This document shows, piece by piece, positions 38,692 to 48,239 of a DNA stretch of 64,000 nucleotides. Below the pieces are notes generated by a model. The model was not told where the DNA came from, did no database searches, and saw only the letters and a list, made by a program, of their open reading frames with translations. The translations under genes and the position numbers were made by a program. Origin of the DNA: Candidatus Limnocylindrales bacterium (GTDB lineage Bacteria; Chloroflexota; Limnocylindria; Limnocylindrales; CSP1-4); the NCBI GenBank assembly GCA_051306295.1, contig JBPPMZ010000118.1, positions 2,076-66,075 of the forward strand. Reading direction: 5' to 3'. Numbering within the stretch: position 1 is the first letter of the stretch; each line of letters starts with the position of its first letter.

Positions 38692-40409
38692 CGCGCCCGC
38701 CAGTCGAGCTTGACGTGCGTGCCGCCGGCCGGCCAGCGCCGCACATCGAGTATGGCGCCGATGGCCTCGGCCCGCTGCTGCATGTTGAGCAGGCCGAAGT
38801 GGCCGGCATGGTCCGCGGTCTCGCCTGCGTCGGGCTCGATGCCGGCGCCGGCATCGTCGATGGTCAGAGACGCCCCGCCGGCCGTGGAGCTGTAGCGAAC
38901 CATGATCGGCGGCCGGCCGTGCTTGACCGCGTTGGACAGGGCCTCCTGGGCGACCCGGAAGAACGCCAGCTCGACATCGGCCGGTGGTCTCGTGCCGTCC
39001 GAACGCTCCAGGCGCACCTCGCCGCCGGCCAGGCGCTCGATGCGCAGGACGAGCCAGTCCAGCGCGGGACCCACGCCCAGGTCGTCGAGGATCGGCAGTC
39101 GGAGGTCGCCGCAGATGGCGCGCAAGCGGTCCGACACGGTCCGCGCGATCTCCGCGCCCTCCGCATCACCGGCGGCGTCCAGCCGGTGCACGAGGAGGGT
39201 CAGTTCCTGGAGCGCGTCGTCGTGGATGTCGGCCGCGACCCGGGCGCGCTCCGCCTCCGTGGCCGCCACGATGAGGTCGCGCTGGAGCGTGGCCCGCGAC
39301 GCGAGGCGGGCCAGCGGCCGGATCGTGAATCGCCCGGCCGCCAGGACGAGCAGGAACCACAGGGTGAGTGGGAAGAGATAGGGTGGCTGGTCAGTCGCGA
39401 GCGCGAACAAGGGCGTCGCGCCGACGACGACGAACTCGGTCGATTCCAGGAGGCGCCCGCTGGAGGCGCCGGTGCCCGAGCTCGCGCTCGTTCGTATCGG
39501 CCGGGCTGCGACGAGGCCGGGGATGAGCGGGATGGCGCCGATCAATGCAAATGGAACGAGTTCGTCCTGGATGTCCCAGACCGGACTGAAGACCGTGACA
39601 AGCATGGCGATCGCCGCGGTGCCCAACGTCAGCACGAGAACGAGCCGGCGCCGGCGCGGGTCGGCGATGCAATCAACCAGCGCGACGGCCAGGACGACCA
39701 CCGCGGCTGCGATGAGGACGCCGGCAATGGCGGTCAGCAATGGCGAGAAGGTGGCAAGCAGCGGCTGCACGAGCAGCGGCGTCGCCGTGGCCGTCGCGAG
39801 GGGGAACGCCAACTGGCGAAGGCTGTCGCCCGCGCGGCCGCTGACCAGCCATAGCCCGATGAGCACGAGGATGAGGGCGCCTACTGCCGTGCCCCACAGC
39901 GCCTCGAACACCCGGAACCGTCCTTCGCCCGAAACCTGGAGCGACGACCATCCGTCCCTTACGGATCCCTGATCGAGGTGACTCGGCGCGATCGCCTGGA
40001 GCTGCATGACCGGTTCGCTGGCGATCGCGAGGAGCTCATCGGTCGAGAAGGCCACGAAGATCGGCCTCGATGGCTCGATCCTCGGCGGTCTGACGACCTC
40101 ATCGCCGGTCGTCGGATCGTACGACGGGGGGTCGTAGACTTCCTGGGGGAGGATGATCACCTCCCAGTCGTTCACGGACACGACCAGCGCCCCGGGCTCC
40201 AGGCCGTCCTGCCTGGCACGGCTGAGGTCGTCCACGCGATCGACCACGAGGCGCCCCTGCTCGTCGATCCCGAGGTGTGCGCCGGTCGCGCCGACGTCGG
40301 AGGCGACCGGCAGGATGGCCGCGAACAGAGCGGCCGCAGCGACGGCCGCAGCGGCGATCGAGGTCGCCGACATGGACATCGGCAGGCGATCGCGGATGGC
40401 GAAGTACAT
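38688..40409 (-). CDS. sensor histidine kinase (HisKA_3/NarX-type) with an extracytoplasmic domain and a multi-TM region
   Basis: H-box (ERARVAADIHDDALQ) and HATPase motifs. ATG at 40409 (alternatives 40379/40373). Confidence 0.85.
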   Translation of the reverse strand: MYFAIRDRLPMSMSATSIAAAAVAAAALFAAILPVASDVGATGAHLGIDEQGRLVVDRVDDLSRARQDGLEPGALVVSVNDWEVIILPQEVYDPPSYDPTTGDEVVRPPRIEPSRPIFVAFSTDELLAIASEPVMQLQAIAPSHLDQGSVRDGWSSLQVSGEGRFRVFEALWGTAVGALILVLIGLWLVSGRAGDSLRQLAFPLATATATPLLVQPLLATFSPLLTAIAGVLIAAAVVVLAVALVDCIADPRRRRLVLVLTLGTAAIAMLVTVFSPVWDIQDELVPFALIGAIPLIPGLVAARPIRTSASSGTGASSGRLLESTEFVVVGATPLFALATDQPPYLFPLTLWFLLVLAAGRFTIRPLARLASRATLQRDLIVAATEAERARVAADIHDDALQELTLLVHRLDAAGDAEGAEIARTVSDRLRAICGDLRLPILDDLGVGPALDWLVLRIERLAGGEVRLERSDGTRPPADVELAFFRVAQEALSNAVKHGRPPIMVRYSSTAGGASLTIDDAGAGIEPDAGETADHAGHFGLLNMQQRAEAIGAILDVRRWPAGGTHVKLDWRAR

Positions 40410-40569
40410 GCCTCGAACCGTAGCAGGGGCCCGGGCGCTCGACCGTCCGTGGAATCCCGGAACCACCCTCAGGGACGACCGGGCTGGACGTTCTCCGAGC
40501 ATCCATGGACGATGGGCCGGCGAGTTCATCCCACGCGCCGACGCGTCGTCTGGGGGACGACCGTCGGCG

Positions 40570-41835
40570 CTAGCCCGATGTCGCGACGCCAGGTGGGGAG
40601 CCCGACCGCCGCAGGCCAAGCACCGCGGCGCTCGCGAGCAGCACGACCCCACCCAGCAGGAACGGCCCCGCGAGACCCACACCTGCCACGACCAGGGCAC
40701 CGATGGCCGGCCCGATGATCCCGGCCGCGTAGAGGGGCAGGTAGACGAGGTTCAGGGTGGCCGATCGCCGGTCGGCGGGGACCTCCGTGGCCAGCAGCCC
40801 GAAGACCATGGCGCTGACCGTGGCGGTACCCGCCGACAGCCCGACGGCCAGGAACGCGAGGGCCGCCACCGAGGGGACGAAGGGCATCAGCAGGAGCACG
40901 CTGCCGGCTCCGGCCAGGGCGGCGGCCAGCACGCGCCGGAAGCCGATCCGATCGCCGAGCACCCCGCCGAACGGACCGATGAGGCCGCCGACCAGGGCGG
41001 CGGTGCCCATCACCAGCGCGATCGACGACGCGAGGCCGGGTCCCGTCCCGACCAGGTCCTCGACACGGACGGGCAGGTACGGGCGGCTCATCTGGTTGGC
41101 CAGGAACGACACGCCGAAGATGAGGAAGATGCGACGGACCGGCACGCTCGACAGGACGCCGCGGACCGCCCCGAACGCCAGGGTCAGGATGCGGCCCTCT
41201 GGGACGATCTCAGGACGGACCTCGCGCGACCCGAACGCGACCAGCAGCGCGGTCCCGACCGACAGGGCCGACGACAGCCAGAAGACGCTCGACAGCGACC
41301 ACCCGGCACCATCGATGAGCAGGCCGGCCAGGGCCGGACCGCTGGCCATGCCGACCGCGCTCGAGGCGCCGAAGATGCCCATGATCGTCCCCAGGCGCCG
41401 ACGCGGTGCGACGTCGCGGATGCCCGCGAGCATGACCCCGGTGTTCCCGAGCTGGAACCCGATGAGCAGCATGCTCAGCGCAAGCTGCCAGGGCTCCCGC
41501 GACAGCGCGACGCCCGCGAACACGACCGCCTCGACGACCGCGCTCCGGACGATGACGGCCTTGCGGCTGTGCTTGTCAGCCCACACGCCCCACAGCGGCA
41601 CGAGGGGCATCCCGACGACGAAGATGAGTGAGCTGAACAGGCCGATGAAGGCCAACCGGTCCGCCTCCGGCACGCCCATCTGGCGCAGGTACGTGGGCAG
41701 CAACGCGAAGATCTGGCTGATGCCCAGGCTTTCGACGAGCGAGGTGATCCAGAAGACCACGACGAGGATCCGCCAGTCCTGGGTCGGGCGCCGCTCGGAC
41801 GTGGGCCGCGCTGGCGGGTCGGTAGGGCGGGTCAC
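40570..41835 (-). CDS. MFS transporter
   Basis: 12 predicted TM helices and an MFS loop motif (GVWADKHSRK). Confidence 0.88.
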   Translation of the reverse strand: MTRPTDPPARPTSERRPTQDWRILVVVFWITSLVESLGISQIFALLPTYLRQMGVPEADRLAFIGLFSSLIFVVGMPLVPLWGVWADKHSRKAVIVRSAVVEAVVFAGVALSREPWQLALSMLLIGFQLGNTGVMLAGIRDVAPRRRLGTIMGIFGASSAVGMASGPALAGLLIDGAGWSLSSVFWLSSALSVGTALLVAFGSREVRPEIVPEGRILTLAFGAVRGVLSSVPVRRIFLIFGVSFLANQMSRPYLPVRVEDLVGTGPGLASSIALVMGTAALVGGLIGPFGGVLGDRIGFRRVLAAALAGAGSVLLLMPFVPSVAALAFLAVGLSAGTATVSAMVFGLLATEVPADRRSATLNLVYLPLYAAGIIGPAIGALVVAGVGLAGPFLLGGVVLLASAAVLGLRRSGSPPGVATSG

Positions 41836-42097
41836 TGTCGGAGGGTACTCGACCAGTCAGCGCCGTCGTGAGGCGCGAGCGGGAGGCGGACAGCAAAGCG
41901 CCCGAAGGAACTGGTGGGAGGACCGGCCGGTCGGCTCGCCGATGGCTCCGAACAAGTCCGGAGTCTCCGGCGCTCCGCCCGAGTCCCTCGTTCGCGGGCC
42001 TTGCGGCCCTCGAACCTGGTTCCCGGGACCCTTCCGACGATCGCTCGCCGGTCTGGTCTGGCGGTTCGCACCTGCCCCTTCGGGCAAGAGAAATGTA

Positions 42098-42170
42098 GTC
42101 GGCGGGGAACGTCCGCCACAACGGCCTTATCCACGAATGTGCCGTTCACCGCCCGGACCTTATCCCCGAC
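42098..42170. other. extended nested imperfect hairpin in a 565-bp non-coding gap
   Basis: GUC/GAC, GGGGA/UCCCC, GUCCG/CGGAC and AACGGC/GCCGUU pair in nested order. Two further hairpins follow at 42175-42186 and 42202-42220. Confidence 0.5.
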
Positions 42171-42401
42171 TTTCCCACCGTTGTGGACGGGCTGTGGAGA
42201 ACCGCCACCCACCGTGGCGGCCACGATGCGGCCGGTCGACTCGGCGGAGATTCGTCCGGAGGTGATCCGTGGCTCGATTCCTCCTACGAGCTCCGTGCCG
42301 CGGAGGGTTGCGGCTACGAGCTGCGGCGCGGCTCGGGACTCACGACCGCTCGTTCGCACGAGGGACCATCGAAGACGGCCCGGCACCGGCATCATCGCGA
42401 C

Positions 42402-42926
42402 ATGTCCGTCCTCGTCGTCCCCGATCCCGGTGTCATCGTCCTGATCGGCGCGGCCGGATCCGGGAAGTCGACCCTCGCGGCGCGCCACTTCGCCCCCGGT
42501 GAGGTCCTTTCCTCGGACGCGTTTCGGGCAGCCATCGCCGGCGACGAACGCGATCAGCGCGCATCCGGGGCCGCGTTCCGGGCGATCGCCCGCGAGCTGG
42601 ATCGGCGGCTGGCCGCCGGTCGCCTGACGGTCGTCGATGCGACCAACGTCCGGGCCGCGGACCGACGGCCGTGGCTCGCGGCGGCAGCCCGACACGGCGT
42701 CCCGGCGGTGGCCATCGTGCTCGGCCTCCCGCCGGCGACCGTCGCCCGTCAGGACGCCGGTCGCGCTCGGGTGGTCGGCGCCGAGGTGATCGAGCGCCAC
42801 CTCGCGGCGCTTCGCCGCAGCCTGGCGCCGGGCGTCCTGGTCGCCGAGGGATTCACGATCGTCGCCATCCTTGCGTCCCAGCGGGCCGTGGCCGGTCTCA
42901 GGATCGAGCGCGTGCCTCGCGCGTGA
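42402..42926 (+). CDS. AAA_33-type P-loop kinase (polynucleotide-kinase-like ATP-binding protein)
   Basis: Walker A (LIGAAGSGKST) and DATN motif (VVDATNV). Confidence 0.8.
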   Translation: MSVLVVPDPGVIVLIGAAGSGKSTLAARHFAPGEVLSSDAFRAAIAGDERDQRASGAAFRAIARELDRRLAAGRLTVVDATNVRAADRRPWLAAAARHGVPAVAIVLGLPPATVARQDAGRARVVGAEVIERHLAALRRSLAPGVLVAEGFTIVAILASQRAVAGLRIERVPRA

Positions 42927-43227
42927 CCCGCCCGAAGCGTCGCGCCCGGAGCTCCACCCAGACGCCGTTGCGCAGGTACACGTCGTCCGACACGATGGCG
43001 ATCGCCTCGGCCTCGTCGGCGGCCCGGACGATCATGATCGTGGCGGACACGTCGGCGAACGCCCCGGCCTCGATGATCACGCCGGCCGCCTTGCGCGCCT
43101 CGACGCCGATGACGTGTTCCGCCCGGAATGGGGCACGGGTCTCGGCCGCGTCCGGAGCATAGGTCGCCTCGACGAGCCAGACGGGTTCGATGACGATGTC
43201 GGCGGGCAGTTCGGGATGATCGCTCAT
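42898..43227 (-). CDS. YciI-family protein
   Basis: About 109 aa; PFRAEHV...AGAFAD pattern. Confidence 0.75.
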   Translation of the reverse strand: MSDHPELPADIVIEPVWLVEATYAPDAAETRAPFRAEHVIGVEARKAAGVIIEAGAFADVSATIMIVRAADEAEAIAIVSDDVYLRNGVWVELRARRFGRVTREARARS

Positions 43228-43238
43228 GGCCGCGAAGT

Positions 43239-44099
43239 CTACGCGGACCCGAAGCCGATCATGAGGATCGCCGCGACCGCGAGCACGATGCCCAGCGCGT
43301 GGTCACGGGTGACCCGTTCGCGCAGGACGATGGCGGCGAGGATGACGGTCGTGACCGGGTAGAGCGACGAGAGGACGGCCGCGACGGCCAGCGCACCGGA
43401 TTGCACCGCCAGCAAGTAGAAGCTGTTGCCGGCCATGTCCAGCACTCCTACCACGGCGATCGGCGCCAGGCTGGCCCTCGGCAGACGCCAGGCGGATCGT
43501 CCGATCAGCACGATGGCGACGACCAGGATCGACTGTGTCGCCCGGATGACGCTCAGGGCGCTGAACACGATGCCGTCGCTGATCTGCGAGATCGCGACGC
43601 CGAACAGGCCGATGGCCACGCCGGCCACGAGCGCCTCCCTCAGGCCCGACCGACCGCCGCCCTCGTCCGCGACGCGCGAGACCAGCACCACGGCCAGGAT
43701 CGCGACCACGATCCCGGCAAGGACGATGTCGCGGGGCAGGCCCTCCAGGATGATCCCGGCCGTGACCGGGATGAGCGCCGCCAGGACCCCGGTGACCGGA
43801 GCGACGATGCCCATCCGGCCGACAGCCAGGCCGCGGTACAACATCGTGATGCCGAGCCCGCCCAGGCCACCGGCGAGCAGGCTCAGCAGCAGATCGCGAC
43901 CGGCGGGAAACGGCTCCTCCCGGGCGACGGCCACGCCGACGGCGATGGCCAGGCCGACCAGCTGCGACAGGAGGACCACGCCGAACAAGGGAGCGCGCCG
44001 ACTGGCCAGCCCGCCGCCGAAGTCGCCGGCGCCCCATGCCAGCGCGGCGCCCAGGCCGAACAGGACGGTGGTCGCGCCGGCGGGGATCGCGTCGATCAG
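43239..44099 (-). CDS. EamA/DMT family transporter; probable CTG start
   Basis: The first TM helix (LIDAIPAGATTVLFGLGAALAWGAGDFGGG) lies upstream of the first canonical start (TTG at 43988). CTG at 44099 overlaps the stop of the ATPase gene (CTGA). Confidence 0.75.
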   Translation of the reverse strand: MIDAIPAGATTVLFGLGAALAWGAGDFGGGLASRRAPLFGVVLLSQLVGLAIAVGVAVAREEPFPAGRDLLLSLLAGGLGGLGITMLYRGLAVGRMGIVAPVTGVLAALIPVTAGIILEGLPRDIVLAGIVVAILAVVLVSRVADEGGGRSGLREALVAGVAIGLFGVAISQISDGIVFSALSVIRATQSILVVAIVLIGRSAWRLPRASLAPIAVVGVLDMAGNSFYLLAVQSGALAVAAVLSSLYPVTTVILAAIVLRERVTRDHALGIVLAVAAILMIGFGSA

Positions 44100-46312
44100 G
44101 CGGCGCCCTCGGTGGCTGCTGCGGCCGGAGCGGCCAGAGCCGGATCGGCGACCTCGTCGTCAACGGCCGTCGGACCCGGCAGTTCGACGACGGCATCGGC
44201 CGCCGCGTCGTAGCGATCGGACGTCGTGAGGTAGATGATCTGGAAGTCGGAGGCCACACGCTTGAGCAGGGCCAACGCGCGGGCCGCGCGCGTGTCATCG
44301 AGCGTGACGAACGGGTCGTCGAACACCAGGGGCGGGCGGCGATCGCCGGTCACGAGCCGGACGAGGCCCAGGCGAGCGGTCAGATAGACGAGGTCGAGAG
44401 TGCCCTGGCTGAGGCTCGAGACGGGCACCCAGTCGCCGAGCTCGGGGGCGTGGACCTCGATGTCGAGGGTCTTGTCGTCGACCCGCACCCTGCGGTAGCG
44501 GCCACCGGTCACGGCCGCCACATCGCGGACCATGTGGCCCTCGAGATAGCGGGTGGCGGTCTTCATCGTCGCGACCTCGGCGCTCTCGATGGCCTTCAGG
44601 GTCGTGTCCAGGACGCGCTGGCGCCGCTGCAACGCGGCGAGTTGCTCGCGCCACGTCGCCAGGCGCTCGGACTCGCCGGCGACCTGCTCCGCGTCCACGC
44701 CGTTGGCTTCGACCCGGGCGCGGGCATTGGCCTCATCGTCGCGGGCGCGCTCCATCGCGGTCTCGGCGTCGCGGACCTCGACTTCGAGTCGCTCCCGGGC
44801 ACGGGGCTCCTTGGCGATCGGCCCCAGGGCGTCGAGGGCGCTGCCCTTCTGGTCGATCTCCAGGGCCGCCGAGTCGCGCAGGGCCGGCAAGGTCTCACGC
44901 GGCTCCTTGCCGACCAGGCCGTCGAGCTGGGCCGCCAGCTGGTCCATCCGGGCGACGTGCGCTTCCTCTCGGGCGAGCAGGTCCTCGGCCGCGGCCAGGT
45001 CTTCCTTGCCCAGTGAACCGAGGTGCTTGACGGTGTCGACCTCGGCCTGGCGGAGCTCGGCCTCCATCTCCGATCGGCCGCGCAGGCGCCGATCGATCTC
45101 CACGTCGCGGAGCTGCTCCTGCATCTGGGATCCGCGACGTAGCCAGAAGGCCACGAGCGACAGGATCAGCCCGATGCCGGCGGCCGCCGCGCCGAGATAC
45201 AGCGGCGGATTGCCGAGGTCGACGACACCGAGCGTTCGCGCGGCGAAGGTCGCGCCCGCGACGATCAGGCCGAGGAGGACCAGCAGGATCCCCCAGCGCG
45301 AGAGCGGGCGCCAAGTCGCTTCCGGGGCGACCTCGAACTGCACCTCGACCTCGCCCGCGAGGGCCGCCTTCAGCTCGCGGATGCGGCCATCGAGGTGACG
45401 CAGACGCTCGACGGCGTTGCGCACGACCGGCAGAGGATTCGGCGAAGGATGGTTCTGGGACAGGCTGTCCAGCTCCGCTGCGACCTGCACCGCCTCGCGA
45501 TAGCGGTCGTAGCGCGCCTGGGCCGCCGCCCGCTCCGCGGTGAGGCGTTCGGCCTGGCGAGCCTTCTCGAGGAGACTGCGCCGTTCGGTCAAGGCGGACT
45601 CCGTATCGGCTCGCCGCTCCCGGGCTACGGACAGGGCGTCGCGGTCCCGCTCCAGCTGGGCCAGGGCCAGCTCGCCCGCTTCGACGCTGGCCTGCGTGGA
45701 GGCGACGGCACCCTCCGCCACCTTCAGCCGACCCGGATTCTTCTCGCCCTTGGTGGTCAGGTCGTGCAGCGCACGTTCGAGCTTCTTCTTGGCCCGGCCG
45801 GTCCCGCGGTCGGCGCCGCTGATGCTCGCCTGGAGGCGATCACGGAGGGCCGTCTCGTCGCGGGCCAGGTCACTGAGCTCGTGATGTCGGACGCTCGCGG
45901 TACTGCGGAAGAACGGCTCGGTCGGGATGCCGGTCAGCTCGGCCATGACCTGGTCGGCGAGGGTCGGGTCGGTGATCGGCGCCTGGTCATCGTAGGTCAG
46001 CTCGACCGTGCCCTTGGCCCCGGCGAAGGTCTTCTGGAGCGTCCCGGTCGCGAGTCGCCCCTCCTCCTCGTCCTGCTCGAATTCGATGGATACCCACGGC
46101 CGCGCCTCAGGGCCGGCGTCCCACGGGCGCAGGGCGTCGAGGTCCGAGGCGGCGCTCGTGACCCGGCGTGTGATGGCCAGTTCGATGGCGCGCTGGATCG
46201 TCGTCTTGCCGGCCTCATTCGGTCCGCGCACGACAGTCACGCCGGGCGCAAGATCGATATCCAGCTCGCGGTAGCGGCGCAGGTCGCGGACCTGCAGGCG
46301 TCGGATCCTCAC
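44096..46312 (-). CDS. YhaN/SbcE-like AAA ATPase (SMC/Rad50-like coiled coil with two central TM helices)
   Basis: Walker A (GPNEAGKTT), long coiled coils, central hydrophobic segments (WGILLVLLGLIVAGATF; LYLGAAAAGIGLILSLVAFW) and C-terminal Walker B (PLVFDDPFV). GTGA overlap with the upstream gene. Confidence 0.85.
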   Translation of the reverse strand: MRIRRLQVRDLRRYRELDIDLAPGVTVVRGPNEAGKTTIQRAIELAITRRVTSAASDLDALRPWDAGPEARPWVSIEFEQDEEEGRLATGTLQKTFAGAKGTVELTYDDQAPITDPTLADQVMAELTGIPTEPFFRSTASVRHHELSDLARDETALRDRLQASISGADRGTGRAKKKLERALHDLTTKGEKNPGRLKVAEGAVASTQASVEAGELALAQLERDRDALSVARERRADTESALTERRSLLEKARQAERLTAERAAAQARYDRYREAVQVAAELDSLSQNHPSPNPLPVVRNAVERLRHLDGRIRELKAALAGEVEVQFEVAPEATWRPLSRWGILLVLLGLIVAGATFAARTLGVVDLGNPPLYLGAAAAGIGLILSLVAFWLRRGSQMQEQLRDVEIDRRLRGRSEMEAELRQAEVDTVKHLGSLGKEDLAAAEDLLAREEAHVARMDQLAAQLDGLVGKEPRETLPALRDSAALEIDQKGSALDALGPIAKEPRARERLEVEVRDAETAMERARDDEANARARVEANGVDAEQVAGESERLATWREQLAALQRRQRVLDTTLKAIESAEVATMKTATRYLEGHMVRDVAAVTGGRYRRVRVDDKTLDIEVHAPELGDWVPVSSLSQGTLDLVYLTARLGLVRLVTGDRRPPLVFDDPFVTLDDTRAARALALLKRVASDFQIIYLTTSDRYDAAADAVVELPGPTAVDDEVADPALAAPAAAATEGAA

Positions 46313-47496
46313 AGCGAGACCTCGTGGCCGGCCAGCAGCAGGCGGCCAAGGCGCAGCGCATCGCGCAGTTCGGCGGCTTCGGGGTTCCCGGCCGCGTCGT
46401 CCGTGCCGGGCGCCGCCTCGAGCTCGGCGATGCGCGCCTCCAGGTCGCGGATGAACGCACCGGCGATCGTGTCCGGCGAGGGCAGCGATCCCTCGGTCAG
46501 GGCCGGCACCGAGACATCGCGGACGCGGACCTTGAGGAACGAGGAGGCGAGGGCTGCCTCGATCTCGTCGACGTCGAGGTCGAGCTCGTCCGGTCTGACG
46601 CCCGTGATCCGCACGTCGAGCACGAGGTCCGGGTCGCCCTGATGCGCCAGCGAGTCGACGAATGCGGGCTGCGAGGCGATGGTCGCGGCGTCCACCTCGG
46701 AACGGCTGAAGCGGGTCCGCCCGACCTGCTGCTCGGTGACCTTGACGGACGTTGCGTCGTTGACCTGGTCGAGTTCGACGAGCAGGACCTTGCCGGCGCG
46801 ATCCTGGTCCAGGGCAACGGGTTCCGGTGCGCCGGCGTACGCGTAGATCACGCCGCCAGCCTTGCCCTGCTGGCTGGAGTGCCAGTGGCCGAGCGCCAGG
46901 TAGTCGAGATGGGTGGCCGCGATCTCATCGGTGGTGATGACCACCTCGTCACGATCGGTCTTGCCCGGGATGGCGATGGAGCCATGGATCATGCCGACGT
47001 GGTACGTGGCGCCGGCACCGTCAGTCGAGGCGTCGAGGTCGCGCAGCGGACTGTGCGGAGCTCGCTTGGTGGCGAAGACCGGGGCGTGGACGACCACGTC
47101 GCAGGCGGCCAGGTGGATCGCCGGCTGCTCCGGCGTCGCGACCGTCACGAGGTCATCGTCCTGGGTGCTGCCGGCCATCGCCTTGAGGTCGTAGGCGCGG
47201 TAGATCGATGAGCGGTCGTAGGCGTCGTGCGTACCGGGCGCGATCACGGTCCGGATCTTTGCGCCGGCCAGCCGCTGCAGCTGGGCGGCGACACGCTCGA
47301 CCGAACGGCGCGGCTGGACGTTGCTGTCGAACAGGTCCCCGGCAACGAGGAACAGATCGACCTTCTCGGCGAGGGCGAGGTCGATGGCGGCCACGAAGGC
47401 CGCGAACTGCCGCTCGCGTTGGGCCGCGGCCTGGTTGCCCAGGTCGTCGTGGCGGGCGCCGAGGTGGACATCGGCGGTGTGGATGATCCGTAGCAT
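46309..47496 (-). CDS. metallophosphoesterase, SbcD/YhaO-like DNA repair exonuclease
   Basis: MLRIIHTADVHLG, GDLFD and GHWH motifs. ATG at 47496 with GGGAGG upstream. Confidence 0.88.
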   Translation of the reverse strand: MLRIIHTADVHLGARHDDLGNQAAAQRERQFAAFVAAIDLALAEKVDLFLVAGDLFDSNVQPRRSVERVAAQLQRLAGAKIRTVIAPGTHDAYDRSSIYRAYDLKAMAGSTQDDDLVTVATPEQPAIHLAACDVVVHAPVFATKRAPHSPLRDLDASTDGAGATYHVGMIHGSIAIPGKTDRDEVVITTDEIAATHLDYLALGHWHSSQQGKAGGVIYAYAGAPEPVALDQDRAGKVLLVELDQVNDATSVKVTEQQVGRTRFSRSEVDAATIASQPAFVDSLAHQGDPDLVLDVRITGVRPDELDLDVDEIEAALASSFLKVRVRDVSVPALTEGSLPSPDTIAGAFIRDLEARIAELEAAPGTDDAAGNPEAAELRDALRLGRLLLAGHEVSL

Positions 47497-47900
47497 CCGC
47501 TCGGAAGAGCCTCCCTGGTTCGTGCTGGTCAGGACGGCACGGCCGGGACGCCCCGTGAGCCCGCCGGGTCCACGCCGGTGGACTGCGGGAACCTGGTGCG
47601 AGCGAGGCGCCCCCATGACTCCCCGCTCGCCATCCCGGATGTTCGGGGGCCATTGTGACAGGTACGTTGTCACGAGGGCGAGCCGCGATACGAGTCGCGC
47701 GAGACCGCGCCGCAAGGCCGGAATCCGGAAGCCGTCGTATCATCCCGCCGCTAGAACCGGTGCGCCCCGCAGACAAGGGACCCCATCGGCACCTGGGTCA
47801 TGCGGGCCCGGCTCTCCTCGCCAAGCCACGCTTTCCCGACCGCCGATGCGGCCGCCCTCCGAGGCGCACGCTCATCATCCCCGCGCCCGGAGGAGCTCAC

Positions 47901-48239
47901 GTGACCTACGTCGATCGAACCCTGAACTGCGTCGATTGCGGCGTCGAATTCATCCATTCCGCCGCCGATCAGGAGTACTACGTCCAGAAGGGGTTCGTGA
48001 GCGACCCGAAGCGCTGCACGAGCTGTCGGGCGAGTCGGCGGGCCACCCGCGATGGCGGAGCCGACGTCCGCGACATCGGCGGGCCGCGCGGCTACGAGCG
48101 CGGCGACGACCGCCAGTCGCGCGAATACTTCGCCGTCGTCTGCTCGCAGTGCGGCAACCAGGCCCAGGTCCCGTTCCGACCGCGGATGGACCGCCCGGTG
48201 TACTGCTCGGACTGCTTCCGGACGGTCCACCCGGACTGA
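47901..48239 (+). CDS. tandem zinc-ribbon protein (CxxC x4)
   Basis: GTG at 47901, 7 nt after GGAGGAG. The cysteine pairs are CVDC...CTSC and CSQC...CSDC. Confidence 0.8.
   Translation: MTYVDRTLNCVDCGVEFIHSAADQEYYVQKGFVSDPKRCTSCRASRRATRDGGADVRDIGGPRGYERGDDRQSREYFAVVCSQCGNQAQVPFRPRMDRPVYCSDCFRTVHPD

Noticed and set aside
41836-42401. Possible RNase P RNA, tmRNA, SRP RNA or oriC in the large non-coding gap
   Set aside because: - RNase P: GGAAAGUC is present on the minus strand, but the full P4 consensus (GAGGAAAGUCCGGGC) and the other conserved regions are absent.
- tmRNA: the ...CCUCCCACCA end has no T-loop (UUC) before it.
- SRP RNA: no GGAAGGnAGCA-type motif is present.
- oriC: the DnaA-box-like 9-mers match only 7-8 of 9 positions, and no dnaA or dnaN is nearby.
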